The notes beneath the pieces are model-generated. The model had not been told where the DNA came from and ran no database searches. It saw only the letters and a list, made by a program, of their open reading frames with translations. Below are positions 7,579 to 15,990 of a stretch of 30,235 nt of DNA, in pieces. The DNA comes from a virus (lineage: Duplodnaviria; Caudoviricetes). Location: positions 1 to 30,235 of the IMG/VR virus record IMGVR_UViG_3300014208_000105. The stretch is one strand, 5' to 3'. Both the position numbers and the translations under genes were made by a program. Every line of letters begins with the position of its first letter. Position 1 is the first letter of the stretch.

Positions 7579-8055
7579 GCTTCCCTCCTGCTGTTCGAAT
7601 TTGAAATCCCCGGCTTCGGCGAAATCGAAGCAGTCGGGGTCCTTGACCGGTTTGGATTCGGAAAAACTGAACCCGGGAAGGCCTTTCACAGCGGGCGGCT
7701 TGGCCCCCAACCAGGCGACATGCCGCAACGTCCCGTCGGGATACAGGCCGATCGATCTCTTTTCGAGAAGCCCGTCATTGACCGCCTTGGCAAACTCCGG
7801 AACGACTTTCCGGAACTTCGCCAGCAGTAGTTTCCCTTCCCGTTTCAACGCTTCGACCCAGCCATAGGCCGGGCCACCAGGCACGAAACCCGCACTCTCG
7901 TCGTGATCGATGCAAATGGGTGCGTCATGACCGTTGACCGGATCGTAGGTGGTCACGATGCGGTCGAGATCCCCTTCGGACCATTCCCGCTCGCCACCCT
8001 TCCGCGATTTGTTTTTCCCGGCACGAAATATCGCGCACCATTTTCCCGTTTCCAT
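7135..8055 (-). CDS. Mu gpI-like prohead protease/scaffold
   Basis: IFRAG, APICIDH, PAYGWV, KRSIGL and LRHVAWLGAKPPAVKGL; coiled-coil C-terminal scaffold region with AGKILPA. Confidence 0.9.
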   Translation of the reverse strand: METGKWCAIFRAGKNKSRKGGEREWSEGDLDRIVTTYDPVNGHDAPICIDHDESAGFVPGGPAYGWVEALKREGKLLLAKFRKVVPEFAKAVNDGLLEKRSIGLYPDGTLRHVAWLGAKPPAVKGLPGFSFSESKPVKDPDCFDFAEAGDFKFEQQEGSVTEIEILQKKLADEQAARLAAEGKVTALETANTKFSLEFSEAEKKRKRQALTDFVTTGITAGKILPAWKDQGLVEFMANLEETTEVYEFSEGKKQAPLDWFKDFITGFASHPLFKTMTKGEATKGAQFSEDEKFVSMIVGPEQKGGK

Positions 8056-8204
8056 GCACCCATCCTAATGACTTTCGCCCTCACCTTCCCCCGGCTTATT
8101 CATGGGTTTTTCGGGTGAATTATCTAAAGGTAAAAGCGTTAGGAGCAATCGCCCCGAATCATTTATTGTTCAGATAGATCCGAACAAATAAAGCGAGGTG
8201 TTGA
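8056..8204. promoter_or_regulatory. Divergent late control region with dyad TTGTTC-A-GAT-AG-ATC-C-GAACAA (8166-8187)
   Basis: AT-rich gap between two diverging virion operons; imperfect inverted repeat. Confidence 0.6.
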
Positions 8205-8525
8205 ATGGGTGAGGCACAATGGGGAATTGAGATCATGAAGGTGGTCGGTTTTCCGGCGCTGCTGTTCTTCGTCTGGTATCTCTATCACCGCTCGGAAACC
8301 GAAAAGTGGAAGATCTATCTCGCCCAGGTCCAGGTGGAAAACAAACAGCAGTTCGAGTTGTTCAAGTCGGGAATGATTCAGCAGGAAAGAGCGCGTGAAC
8401 AGATGTTTCTGCTGCTGAAGGAAACCATCGAAACGGTCAGTTATCACTCGCAGATGTTGTCGCGGGTCGAACAGAAAATGGACACGAACCAATTTTGTCC
8501 CCTCGTGCGAAAGGAGCCCTCATGA
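8205..8525 (+). CDS. Single-TM coiled-coil membrane protein (BhlA/UviB-like holin-like)
   Basis: GAGGTG RBS; TM segment VVGFPALLFFVWYLY followed by a coiled coil; first gene of the packaging operon. Confidence 0.55.
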   Translation: MGEAQWGIEIMKVVGFPALLFFVWYLYHRSETEKWKIYLAQVQVENKQQFELFKSGMIQQERAREQMFLLLKETIETVSYHSQMLSRVEQKMDTNQFCPLVRKEPS

Positions 8526-8767
8526 ACCCCGAACGCCTCCAGATGAAAGGCCTTTTGGCGGACCTGAAGAAAAAAGCCGTCAAACTCGATGCCGACGCGG
8601 CCGGCCGGCTGATTTTGATCCGGACCCTGGCCAACCCCTACGCCGAAGACGTCACGGACCTGGACGTCGAGAAACTCCTCAACGAGGCCAGCGAGCTGTG
8701 CCGGATCGTGACGGAGCTGCGTGAGGTCCGGGCCAAGATCAAGAAGCTGGAAAGCGACCTCGACTGA
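8522..8767 (+). CDS. Hypothetical phage protein upstream of terminase
   Basis: Start re-called at ATG 8522 (AAGGAG RBS, ATGA overlap). Helical; stop overlaps the next ATG. Confidence 0.7.
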   Translation: MNPERLQMKGLLADLKKKAVKLDADAAGRLILIRTLANPYAEDVTDLDVEKLLNEASELCRIVTELREVRAKIKKLESDLD

Positions 8768-9180
8768 TGGCCAAGAAAGCCGCCCTCTTTGCCGACGCGG
8801 AGCGTTTCTACGTCGTTGAGCAGATGACCCTGGCCGAGATCGCCGACCGCCTGAAGATCTGCGAGCGGACGGTCCGGACCTGGAAGGACGAAGGGAAGTG
8901 GGAGGAACGCCGGAAACAGCTCCTGGCCTCGAAAGAATCCTTCCATGCCGAGCTCTACGAGTTCGCCCGAAAGCTGATGCGCTCGATCAAGGATGACATC
9001 GACGCGGGGGAAAAGATCGACGCCGGCCGCCTCTACACCTTCTCCCGCCTCCTTCCCGCCATCACCAAGGTCAAGGAATACGAAGACCAAGTCGTGGCCT
9101 CCGATCCCAAGGCCGCCGAAAAGGTCATGAGCGAGGAAGATGTCGTGAAGGCCGTCCAGAAAGCGTTGCTTGGCGAATAG
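8767..9180 (+). CDS. terS: Terminase small subunit (HTH, DUF1804-like)
   Basis: N-terminal HTH (TLAEIADRLKICERTVRTWK..GKW); immediately before the large terminase. Confidence 0.75.
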   Translation: MAKKAALFADAERFYVVEQMTLAEIADRLKICERTVRTWKDEGKWEERRKQLLASKESFHAELYEFARKLMRSIKDDIDAGEKIDAGRLYTFSRLLPAITKVKEYEDQVVASDPKAAEKVMSEEDVVKAVQKALLGE

Positions 9181-10527
9181 ATGGACCTGAAGCGCTTTTT
9201 CATGCCCTACCAGATCCGGTGGCTCAAAGACCGCCCCCGCATCAAGATCTGGGAAAAGTCGCGCCGCATCGGGGCCACCTACATCCAGAGCTATGAAGAC
9301 GTCGAGGATTGCGTGGCGAAGGCCGTGCCCGATGTCTGGTTCTCCAGCGCCGATGCCTCGGCCGCCGAGGAATACATCCTCTACTGCGAGAAATGGGCCA
9401 AGCTGTTCAACGTGGCCGCCAAGAACCTCGGCTGCGAGATCCTCGACGAGAAGAAAAACGTCCTGACCTACTCGATCGACTTTCCCGTCCTGGGTCGCCG
9501 CATCATCGCCCTCACCTCGAACCCGAAGAGCTTCCGCAGCAAGGGCGGCAAGGTCGTGCTCGACGAGTTCGCCTGGCACGAAGACCAGGAGAAGATGTGG
9601 ACCGCGGCGAAGCCCTGTATCACCTGGGGCTTTCCCCTCCGGATCCTCAGCACCCACAACGGCGCGGGGACCCTGTTCAACGAGTTCATCATCGACATCC
9701 GGGAAGGCAAGTCGAACTGGTCCCTTCACAAGACACCCATCCAGCTTGCCGTGGCGGAGGGCCTGGCCGACAAGATCATGCAGCGGACCCTCACCGACGA
9801 GGAGCGCGCCGCCTGGCTCGAACAGGAGCGCCGGGACTGCCGCAAGCCCAACACCTGGGAGCAGGAATACTGCTGCAACCCCGTGGACGAAGCCACCGCC
9901 TTCCTGCCCTACGCCCTGATCGCCACCTGTGAGGACCTCGAACTGGTTCAGGGGCTCGAAGATGTGGCAGGCGACCTGTATGTGGGCATGGACATCGGCC
10001 GGAAAAAGGATCTGTCGGTGATCTGGATCTTCGAAAAGCTCGGGCCGATGAAGTTCACCCGCCAGGTGATCGTCATGGAAAAGACGCCGTTCCGCATCCA
10101 GCGCGAAACCCTGTATGGCATTCTGCGCCATCCCAAGTTCCGCCGGGCCTGCATCGACAGCACCGGCATCGGTGCCCAGCTCGCGGAAGAAGCGAAGGAG
10201 GCCTTCGGCACGTTCCGGGTCGAGGAGGTGACCTTCAGCGAGGCGGTGAAGGAAGAGCTCGCCACCCACATGCACACCGAGTTCGAGGATCGGACCGCCC
10301 TCATCCCGTCATCGGAAGAGATCCGCGACGACCTGCACTCCGTGAAGAAGGTCGTCACAAAAACTGGCCACATCCGGTTCGATGCTCAATCCGACGAGAC
10401 AGACGGTCATGCTGACCGGTTTTGGGCGCTCGGTCTTTCACTGAATGCCGCCCGGTCCTACAAAGGACCCGTTTTGACCGCCTCAAGAGGGCGCTACCAG
10501 GGCCGGACCTTGACGGCGGGGTATTAG
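9181..10527 (+). CDS. terL: Terminase large subunit (Mu gp28-like)
   Basis: PYQ..W, EKSRRIGAT, VVLDEFA, ILSTHNG, WEQEYCC, GMDIGR..D, IDSTGIG and GHADRFWA. Confidence 0.97.
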   Translation: MDLKRFFMPYQIRWLKDRPRIKIWEKSRRIGATYIQSYEDVEDCVAKAVPDVWFSSADASAAEEYILYCEKWAKLFNVAAKNLGCEILDEKKNVLTYSIDFPVLGRRIIALTSNPKSFRSKGGKVVLDEFAWHEDQEKMWTAAKPCITWGFPLRILSTHNGAGTLFNEFIIDIREGKSNWSLHKTPIQLAVAEGLADKIMQRTLTDEERAAWLEQERRDCRKPNTWEQEYCCNPVDEATAFLPYALIATCEDLELVQGLEDVAGDLYVGMDIGRKKDLSVIWIFEKLGPMKFTRQVIVMEKTPFRIQRETLYGILRHPKFRRACIDSTGIGAQLAEEAKEAFGTFRVEEVTFSEAVKEELATHMHTEFEDRTALIPSSEEIRDDLHSVKKVVTKTGHIRFDAQSDETDGHADRFWALGLSLNAARSYKGPVLTASRGRYQGRTLTAGY

Positions 10528-10591
10528 AGGCCCGTAGGCGCGTCAAGGTGTCTTTTCGGGCTAGGACCCGAATTAAAAAATTTGAACGTTC

Positions 10592-10611
10592 TTCAACGGA
10601 AATCCGTTGAA
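10592..10611. repeat. Perfect inverted repeat TTCAACGGA-AA-TCCGTTGAA in the terL-portal gap
   Basis: 9-bp arms read directly from the sequence. Confidence 0.85.
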
Positions 10612-10645
10612 ATTATACGGGGTTTCGATCCCGGGGGAGGTTGGT

Positions 10646-12214
10646 ATGTCGGTCGGTCAAAAAGGGATCTGGGTCAACCCGGATGAGTTCGTGACGTTCC
10701 AGGAGGCCAAACCGCCCCGAAAAGCCCTGTTCACCGAGGTCGCCACCCGCAGCCGGGCCGGTGACTTCTCCGGGTTCGGCATGCAGCTTCCCAACCCCGA
10801 CGAGGTTCTGCGCAACCTTGGGCAGGACATCACCGTCTACAAGCGCCTCCTGATCGACGCCCACGTCGGGGCCTGCGTCATCAGCCGGAAAGCCGGCACC
10901 AAGAGCATGAGCTGGGACATCGATCGGCGGAAGGCCCCAGCCCGCGTCTACTCCTTCATCGAGGACCTGTTTGCCGATTTCGACGTCAAGGGCATCATCG
11001 GCAACATCCTCGATGCCCCCCTGTTCGGCTATCAGCCGATGGAGGTTCTTTGGAGCGCCGCCGGCGGGAGCCTGGCCCCGACCGGGCTGGTCGGGAAGCC
11101 CCCGAGCTGGTTCTGCTTCGATCCGGAAAACCGGATGCGGTTCAAGTCCATGGCCAACCCGATCGGCGAGGAACTGCCGCCGATGAAGTTCCTGTGCCCC
11201 GCGCACGATGCCACCTTCGAGAACCCCTACGGCTTCCCGCTTCTGAGCCGGTGTTTCTGGCCGGTCGCTTTCAAAAAGGGCGGATACAAGTTCTGGGTGC
11301 AGTTTACCGAGAAGTTCGGCGGCGCTTTCGCGATCGGCAAACACCCCCGCGGGACCGGGCAGGACGAAGTCGATCGGCTGGCCGACATGCTCGAAGCGCT
11401 GGTGCAGTCCGCCATCGCCGTGATCCCCGATGATTCCTCGGTGGAGATCAAGGAATCGGCCGGGAAAGCGGCCTCGGCCGACATCTACGAGCGGCTGTTG
11501 CTCTTCTCCGACGCCCAGGTGTCCAAGGCCCTGCTCGGGCAGACCCTGACCACCGAGATCGGCAAGACCGGCGGAGCCTACGCCGCCAGCGAAACCCACA
11601 TGCAGGTCCGCCAGGAAATCGTGGACGGGGACACGGACCTGGTCATCGCCACCTACAACGCCCTGATCCGTTGGGTGGTGGATCTGAACTTTGGGACCGG
11701 GGTGCCGGCCCCGGGGTTCAAGATGTGGCGGGAGAAGCAGGTTTCCAAGGACCAGGCCGACCGGGACAAACTCTTGTCCGACACCGGCCAGGTCGAGTTC
11801 ACCGAGCAATACTTCAAGCGTGAATACAATTTCCAGGACGGCGATATCATCGTCCGGCCGAAGCCGGAGCCCACGCCGCCGCCGGCCGCCCCTGCGCCGG
11901 CCGCTGCCGCTCCCCTGGAACCGGATGCGTCGGAGTTTTCCGAGCCGGGCGGCCCGGGCCGCGATCCTGCCCCCGATCAGACCGCCCTCGACCTGGCGAT
12001 GTCCCTGGCCGTGCAGCCCAAGGATCTCCAGGCGGCGGCGGAACCAATGCTCCGCCCCTTCATCGACCTGGTGCGCCAGGGGGCCAGCATCGAGGCGGTC
12101 ATGGAGCGCCTGGTGGAGACCTACCCGGCCATGAACCTGGACGAGCTGGTCAAGATCCTGGAGCGCGTCCTGTTCGTCGCGGGCATCTGGGGGCGGCTGC
12201 ATGCCGGCCGCTGA
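10646..12214 (+). CDS. Portal protein (Mu gp29/DUF935-like)
   Basis: Start re-called at ATG 10646 (GGAGG RBS); DAHV, FGYQPMEV.W, NPYGFPLL, FTEKFG, SKALLGQTLTT. Confidence 0.95.
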   Translation: MSVGQKGIWVNPDEFVTFQEAKPPRKALFTEVATRSRAGDFSGFGMQLPNPDEVLRNLGQDITVYKRLLIDAHVGACVISRKAGTKSMSWDIDRRKAPARVYSFIEDLFADFDVKGIIGNILDAPLFGYQPMEVLWSAAGGSLAPTGLVGKPPSWFCFDPENRMRFKSMANPIGEELPPMKFLCPAHDATFENPYGFPLLSRCFWPVAFKKGGYKFWVQFTEKFGGAFAIGKHPRGTGQDEVDRLADMLEALVQSAIAVIPDDSSVEIKESAGKAASADIYERLLLFSDAQVSKALLGQTLTTEIGKTGGAYAASETHMQVRQEIVDGDTDLVIATYNALIRWVVDLNFGTGVPAPGFKMWREKQVSKDQADRDKLLSDTGQVEFTEQYFKREYNFQDGDIIVRPKPEPTPPPAAPAPAAAAPLEPDASEFSEPGGPGRDPAPDQTALDLAMSLAVQPKDLQAAAEPMLRPFIDLVRQGASIEAVMERLVETYPAMNLDELVKILERVLFVAGIWGRLHAGR

Positions 12215-13313
12215 TCCGCAGGTTCTTCTCGATGCGATGAAGCTTCCCCCCGAGGAAGCGATCGCCTTCTTCAAGGCCAAGGGCTACCAGATCACCTGGA
12301 ACTGGCACGAGATGAAGGACGATGCGCACGCCCGCGCGTTCACGGTGGCCAAGGCCGCGAGCCTCGATATCCTGAAGGATATCCGGGGCGTCCTGCAGAA
12401 GGCCCTCGACCAGGGCATCACCCAGGCCCAGTTCGCAAAGGAGCTGACGCCCCGCCTGCAGGCAAAAGGCTGGTGGGGCCAGCAGGAAGTCCGGAGCCCG
12501 GACGGCGAGGTCAAGACGGTCCAGCTCGGGTCGCCCTGGCGGCTGAAGACGATCTTTCAGACCAACCTGCAGAGCGCCTACATGGCCGGCCGGGAACGGC
12601 AGATGCGGGCGGTGGCCGATGCCCGCCCCTACTGGAAATACATCGCCATCTTGGACGGGAAGACCAGGCCCGAGCACCGCGAGCTGCACGGGAAGGTCTT
12701 CCGGTTCGACGACCCGTTATGGGCTCATTTCTACCCGCCCAACGGCTACAACTGCCGCTGCCGGGTTACCAGCCTCAGCCCATCGGAGGCCGCGCGGGAT
12801 GGGGTGCAGATCGAGACCTCCGCCGGCAAGCTGGAACAGACCCAGGCCGTGGATGAGGTCAGCGGCAGAGTGTTCGAGACCACCGCCTACCAGTCCTCCG
12901 GCCGGCACCTGCCGATCCATCCCGACGAGGGCTTCGACAGCAACCCCGCCCGGGCCCAGGACCGCTTCCTCGCCCTCCTCGAGGAAAAGCGACGCGCGGC
13001 GGAAGAGGCCCTCGGCGAACCGGTTCCCGACCTTCCCGACCGGTCGGAAGAGGAAGCCCGGCCGGTGCCGGCAATTTCCCGAGCCGATGGCGATCCGGGG
13101 GCGGCCCCTGGTCAGGCGGCCGATGGGCCAGGCGGGGACGATGAAGAGGAAGAGCCCCTGCCGCCCGAGGCCATCAAGGCTCTCAGGGGGAAGGTCAGCA
13201 ACCAGGCCCTGGAGACCATCGTGGGGTTCCTGGAGGAAGTGGAAAGAAGTCGGCGCGAGGGAAAGGAACTCGACCAGGCGGTGGTGGACTGGTATCGGCG
13301 GCTCAATTCGTAA
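12201..13313 (+). CDS. Minor head protein (Mu gp30/gpF-like)
   Basis: AFTVAK, RLKTIFQTN...AY.AGR, D.KTRPEH, YPPNGYNCRC, PDEGFD.NP. Confidence 0.95.
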   Translation: MPAADPQVLLDAMKLPPEEAIAFFKAKGYQITWNWHEMKDDAHARAFTVAKAASLDILKDIRGVLQKALDQGITQAQFAKELTPRLQAKGWWGQQEVRSPDGEVKTVQLGSPWRLKTIFQTNLQSAYMAGRERQMRAVADARPYWKYIAILDGKTRPEHRELHGKVFRFDDPLWAHFYPPNGYNCRCRVTSLSPSEAARDGVQIETSAGKLEQTQAVDEVSGRVFETTAYQSSGRHLPIHPDEGFDSNPARAQDRFLALLEEKRRAAEEALGEPVPDLPDRSEEEARPVPAISRADGDPGAAPGQAADGPGGDDEEEEPLPPEAIKALRGKVSNQALETIVGFLEEVERSRREGKELDQAVVDWYRRLNS

Positions 13314-13358
13314 ACGATCCAAACCCCTGGTTTGAACGAGGCGTAAACGGTTTATTCG

Positions 13359-14000
13359 ATGAGCAAGGAAGACGGACAAATCTACCTCGAGGACGCCGGC
13401 GTCCAGCAACTGCTGCGCCGCCTGCAACAACGCATGCTCAACCTCAAGCGGCCGATGGATGAGATCGGGCAGATCATCACGGCTTCCGTCGAGAAGAACT
13501 TCGCGGCCGGCGGCCGGTGGTCCGGGACCGTCGGCCAGGTGATGGGTGGGTCCGAGCAGTGGAGGCCGTTGAAGCCGTCCACGATCAGGAAGCGGACCAA
13601 GGCCCGGACCTGGCCGGGGAAGATCCTCCAGGTCAGCGCCGGGGGATTGGCCGCCTCGATCGCCGCGAAAGCCACCGAGGACTCGGTCACGGTCGGCACC
13701 AACAAGGTCTATGCTGCCCCCCACCAGTTCGGGGCGACGATCAGCATGAAGGGCCGGAATGGTTCCATCCGCCTCCGGACGGACACCAAGGGCAATCTCC
13801 TGCGCCAGGCCAGGGAAGGGAAACTCCGGAACCTGGCCGTTTTTGCCAAGGGGCACCACAAGCGGGCCGTGGAGCGATCCTTTTCCGGGAAGGACTACAC
13901 CATCGACATCCCCGCCCGCCCCTACCTGGTCGTCCAGGAAGAAGACCTCACCGAGATCCGCGCCGCCATCCTCCGCCACCTGGCCACCGACACCCGCTGA
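13359..14000 (+). CDS. Virion morphogenesis protein (Mu gp31/gpG-like)
   Basis: W.PLKPST, ILQ...G.LAASI, VGTN.VYAA.HQFG and IPARPYL. Confidence 0.93.
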   Translation: MSKEDGQIYLEDAGVQQLLRRLQQRMLNLKRPMDEIGQIITASVEKNFAAGGRWSGTVGQVMGGSEQWRPLKPSTIRKRTKARTWPGKILQVSAGGLAASIAAKATEDSVTVGTNKVYAAPHQFGATISMKGRNGSIRLRTDTKGNLLRQAREGKLRNLAVFAKGHHKRAVERSFSGKDYTIDIPARPYLVVQEEDLTEIRAAILRHLATDTR

Positions 14001-14020
14001 GGAACCCCCGCCACAAAGCC

Positions 14021-14050
14021 AGAGAGCCGCTTTTCAGCGGCTCTCTTTTC
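14021..14050 (+). terminator. Intrinsic terminator where the packaging and early operons converge
   Basis: 11-bp stem AGAGAGCCGCT / AGCGGCTCTCT with a 4-nt loop and short T tail, 20 nt after the gpG stop. Confidence 0.75.
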
Positions 14051-14070
14051 ATCAACGGGGGGGACCTGGA

Positions 14071-14310
14071 TCAACGGCTCCGGTAAAAATCTTCAAGCCT
14101 CTTGAATGCATCGCTGATGCCTGCCCTGGAGAAAGATCGGTCCGGGAGATAAATCTGGCAGACTGCCTGTCTGGCCTCTTCCCAAGTCGGATAGGAGGCT
14201 GTCGAGATGGCCGTGAAAATGACATCCGAGTCAGCTCGCCATTGCTCTTGACCTGATTCCATGCTCACTTTTCCTCCCGGGGCAATCTTGCGGAATGCGC
14301 CCCTCGTCAC
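14071..14310 (-). CDS. Hypothetical protein
   Basis: GTG start overlaps the upstream TGA; alternative ATG at 14262 with GGAGG RBS. Confidence 0.5.
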   Translation of the reverse strand: MTRGAFRKIAPGGKVSMESGQEQWRADSDVIFTAISTASYPTWEEARQAVCQIYLPDRSFSRAGISDAFKRLEDFYRSR

Positions 14311-14456
14311 TTTATCACACAGATCACTTCAACCAAAGCCTTTCCATTGCCGCCGCAGCAAGACCATACATGTCCACAGGAATCGATCTCGGCGTGCTCT
14401 TTGCCATGAGGGCATTCGTCACAGGCAACCCTCGTTTCAGCATACACGCAGACCAT
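14307..14456 (-). CDS. Small Cys-rich hypothetical protein
   Basis: 49 aa from ATG 14456 (GGAGAG RBS): MVCVYAETRVACDECPHGKEH... Confidence 0.45.
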   Translation of the reverse strand: MVCVYAETRVACDECPHGKEHAEIDSCGHVWSCCGGNGKALVEVICVIK

Positions 14457-14685
14457 CGCTCTCCACCTTCCGGACGACACGACCGTGATCACAGTAAAAG
14501 ACCTCTGCGTCAGCGCCGCAGGCCTGACAGGTCTCCAACGTTGTCGCCCAAAACAGGATCCGAGGATATCTGGGTCGAAAGAACCGCCGCCCACCGCCGG
14601 ACCGGATGCCCCTCTTCACCTGGTGCCAGCGGTGAAAGCCCAACCAGCACTTCACCCGTTCGGCGAAAATCTTGATCAAACGCAT
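14437..14685 (-). CDS. Small hypothetical protein (C.LGFH.W ... CxxC)
   Basis: Overlaps both neighbours in the operon; probable Zn-binding pattern. Confidence 0.5.
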   Translation of the reverse strand: MRLIKIFAERVKCWLGFHRWHQVKRGIRSGGGRRFFRPRYPRILFWATTLETCQACGADAEVFYCDHGRVVRKVESDGLRVC

Positions 14686-14942
14686 GTTCTCTTGACCCGC
14701 CTTTCCCTGGCCTGTTGCAGCGCGGGCACGAACACGGCTCCTGCGCTCATGGCCTTCCCTCTCATGATCTGGGTCAGGTCATAATGCGGGGTGCTGCTCT
14801 TGGTGTGCTTCCAGGACTTGCTCAGGCCGATCCTTCGCGCGAACGCTTCCAGCTCCGCATCGTCGTCCGCGGTCAGATGGCAGAACATCCGACCCCGGAA
14901 GGGAAACACCAGCTCATCAACCATGATCCGCCCCATCGCCAT
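14676..14942 (-). CDS. DUF4031-like protein
   Basis: VD......GR..CHL.AD...EL.AFARRIGL...W......PHYDL...R.KA...GA pattern; GGAGG RBS. Confidence 0.8.
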   Translation of the reverse strand: MAMGRIMVDELVFPFRGRMFCHLTADDDAELEAFARRIGLSKSWKHTKSSTPHYDLTQIMRGKAMSAGAVFVPALQQARERRVKRTCV

Positions 14943-15013
14943 CCTCCATTTTTCAAACTTCCCTCCATCCTTGCCGATAATGGGTCCGACCGCACTTCAC
15001 GAGAGGAGTTTCC

Positions 15014-15448
15014 ATGGGCAAGATAATCGTCCGCGGCATCGTTATCCCTGGTCTTGGAGCGGCAAAAGGAACCGTTCCGCTCCAGATACCGTTCATCAAG
15101 AAGATCGAGCCAAACATCGAGACCTGTTTCCCTGCGACCATCAACATCTGGCTCGAAAAGCCCCTGTTCGTTGCGTCTTTCAGGCTGAATACAGGCTTGG
15201 TGCGGTGGAGCGATCGCTACCACCCGGAGGAATTCTCCATTCTCCGGGTCTCGATGCGTTTTCCCGAAGGTCCCGAAGAATGGCGCCATGCCTGGGTCTA
15301 CAAGGCATCAAATTCCCCTCATCAGTTCACACCAAACAAACTTGAAATCCTGGCCCCTGATCTGAGGGATTCCGTTCGGCCTGGGAAAAGCGTCGAGATC
15401 AATCTGCCCGATTCGTGCCAGGACTTCGGTCTGGCGATCATCGGGTGA
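15014..15448 (+). CDS. Moron: CTP-dependent riboflavin kinase-like (DUF120 fold) protein
   Basis: Opposite strand with GAGAGGAG RBS; motifs GIVIPGLG, FPATINI and PH...LEILAPDLR...PGKSVEI. Confidence 0.6.
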   Translation: MGKIIVRGIVIPGLGAAKGTVPLQIPFIKKIEPNIETCFPATINIWLEKPLFVASFRLNTGLVRWSDRYHPEEFSILRVSMRFPEGPEEWRHAWVYKASNSPHQFTPNKLEILAPDLRDSVRPGKSVEINLPDSCQDFGLAIIG

Positions 15449-15632
15449 CTCCCGACTTGAAGAAACAGATGGCCAAACCAACGGCCAGACCAGCAACGAA
15501 GGATGCAGAGAAAATGGTTGCGACCATTCTGAGAGGCGGAATGCAGTAGTTCTTCAATCTCTCCCCGCCCCAGCCTCGAACGTTGAACATCAGACCACCG
15601 CAAGGCATGGAATCATGAACATCAACCCACAT
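15438..15632 (-). CDS. Small membrane protein
   Basis: Start re-called at ATG 15632 (AAGGAGG RBS); C-terminal TM segment. Confidence 0.5.
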   Translation of the reverse strand: MWVDVHDSMPCGGLMFNVRGWGGERLKNYCIPPLRMVATIFSASFVAGLAVGLAICFFKSGVTR

Positions 15633-15655
15633 GACAGAGGACCTCCTTTTCCAAT

Positions 15656-15979
15656 TTATGGCTCGTATTCCGGCATTTTTTCGACCTGGTCGGGGGTGAG
15701 CAGGATTTCGCCGAGGATCTCGGCGACCAGCTCGCCGCCCTGACAATCACGGTTGAACTCCTTGGCGATGGCCTGGCCGTTTTCCGGGGTGGCGATCAAG
15801 ATGGCACCGTCCATCATCTTGAGCCGGAGGAACCGCAGAGGACGGTAGAACTTGCACCCCGGCGAATGGTTCGAAGGGGGGTATTTCCCCCCGTGCGTTT
15901 CCTGCCAGACCCGGGCATGGTCCAGGCAGCACGGCAGCAGGATCAGGTCTGCGATGTAGTCCTGCAGAGTCTTTTTCAT
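15656..15979 (-). CDS. Hypothetical protein
   Basis: ATG 15979 with AAGGA RBS; early operon context. Confidence 0.6.
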   Translation of the reverse strand: MKKTLQDYIADLILLPCCLDHARVWQETHGGKYPPSNHSPGCKFYRPLRFLRLKMMDGAILIATPENGQAIAKEFNRDCQGGELVAEILGEILLTPDQVEKMPEYEP

Positions 15980-15990
15980 GGCGGGTCCTT

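Noticed and set aside
4762-7830. 1022-aa + strand ORF
   Set aside because: Antisense shadow of five minus-strand head genes that share one frame in GC-rich DNA; no recognisable motifs.
3576-10527. TAG stop-codon reassignment in late genes
   Set aside because: TAG ends full-length genes at expected positions (protease, terS, terL) and no conserved gene is interrupted; the standard code fits.
8638-13979. Long - strand ORFs (8638..10275, 10613..12280, 12717..13979)
   Set aside because: Shadows of terminase, portal, gpF and gpG.
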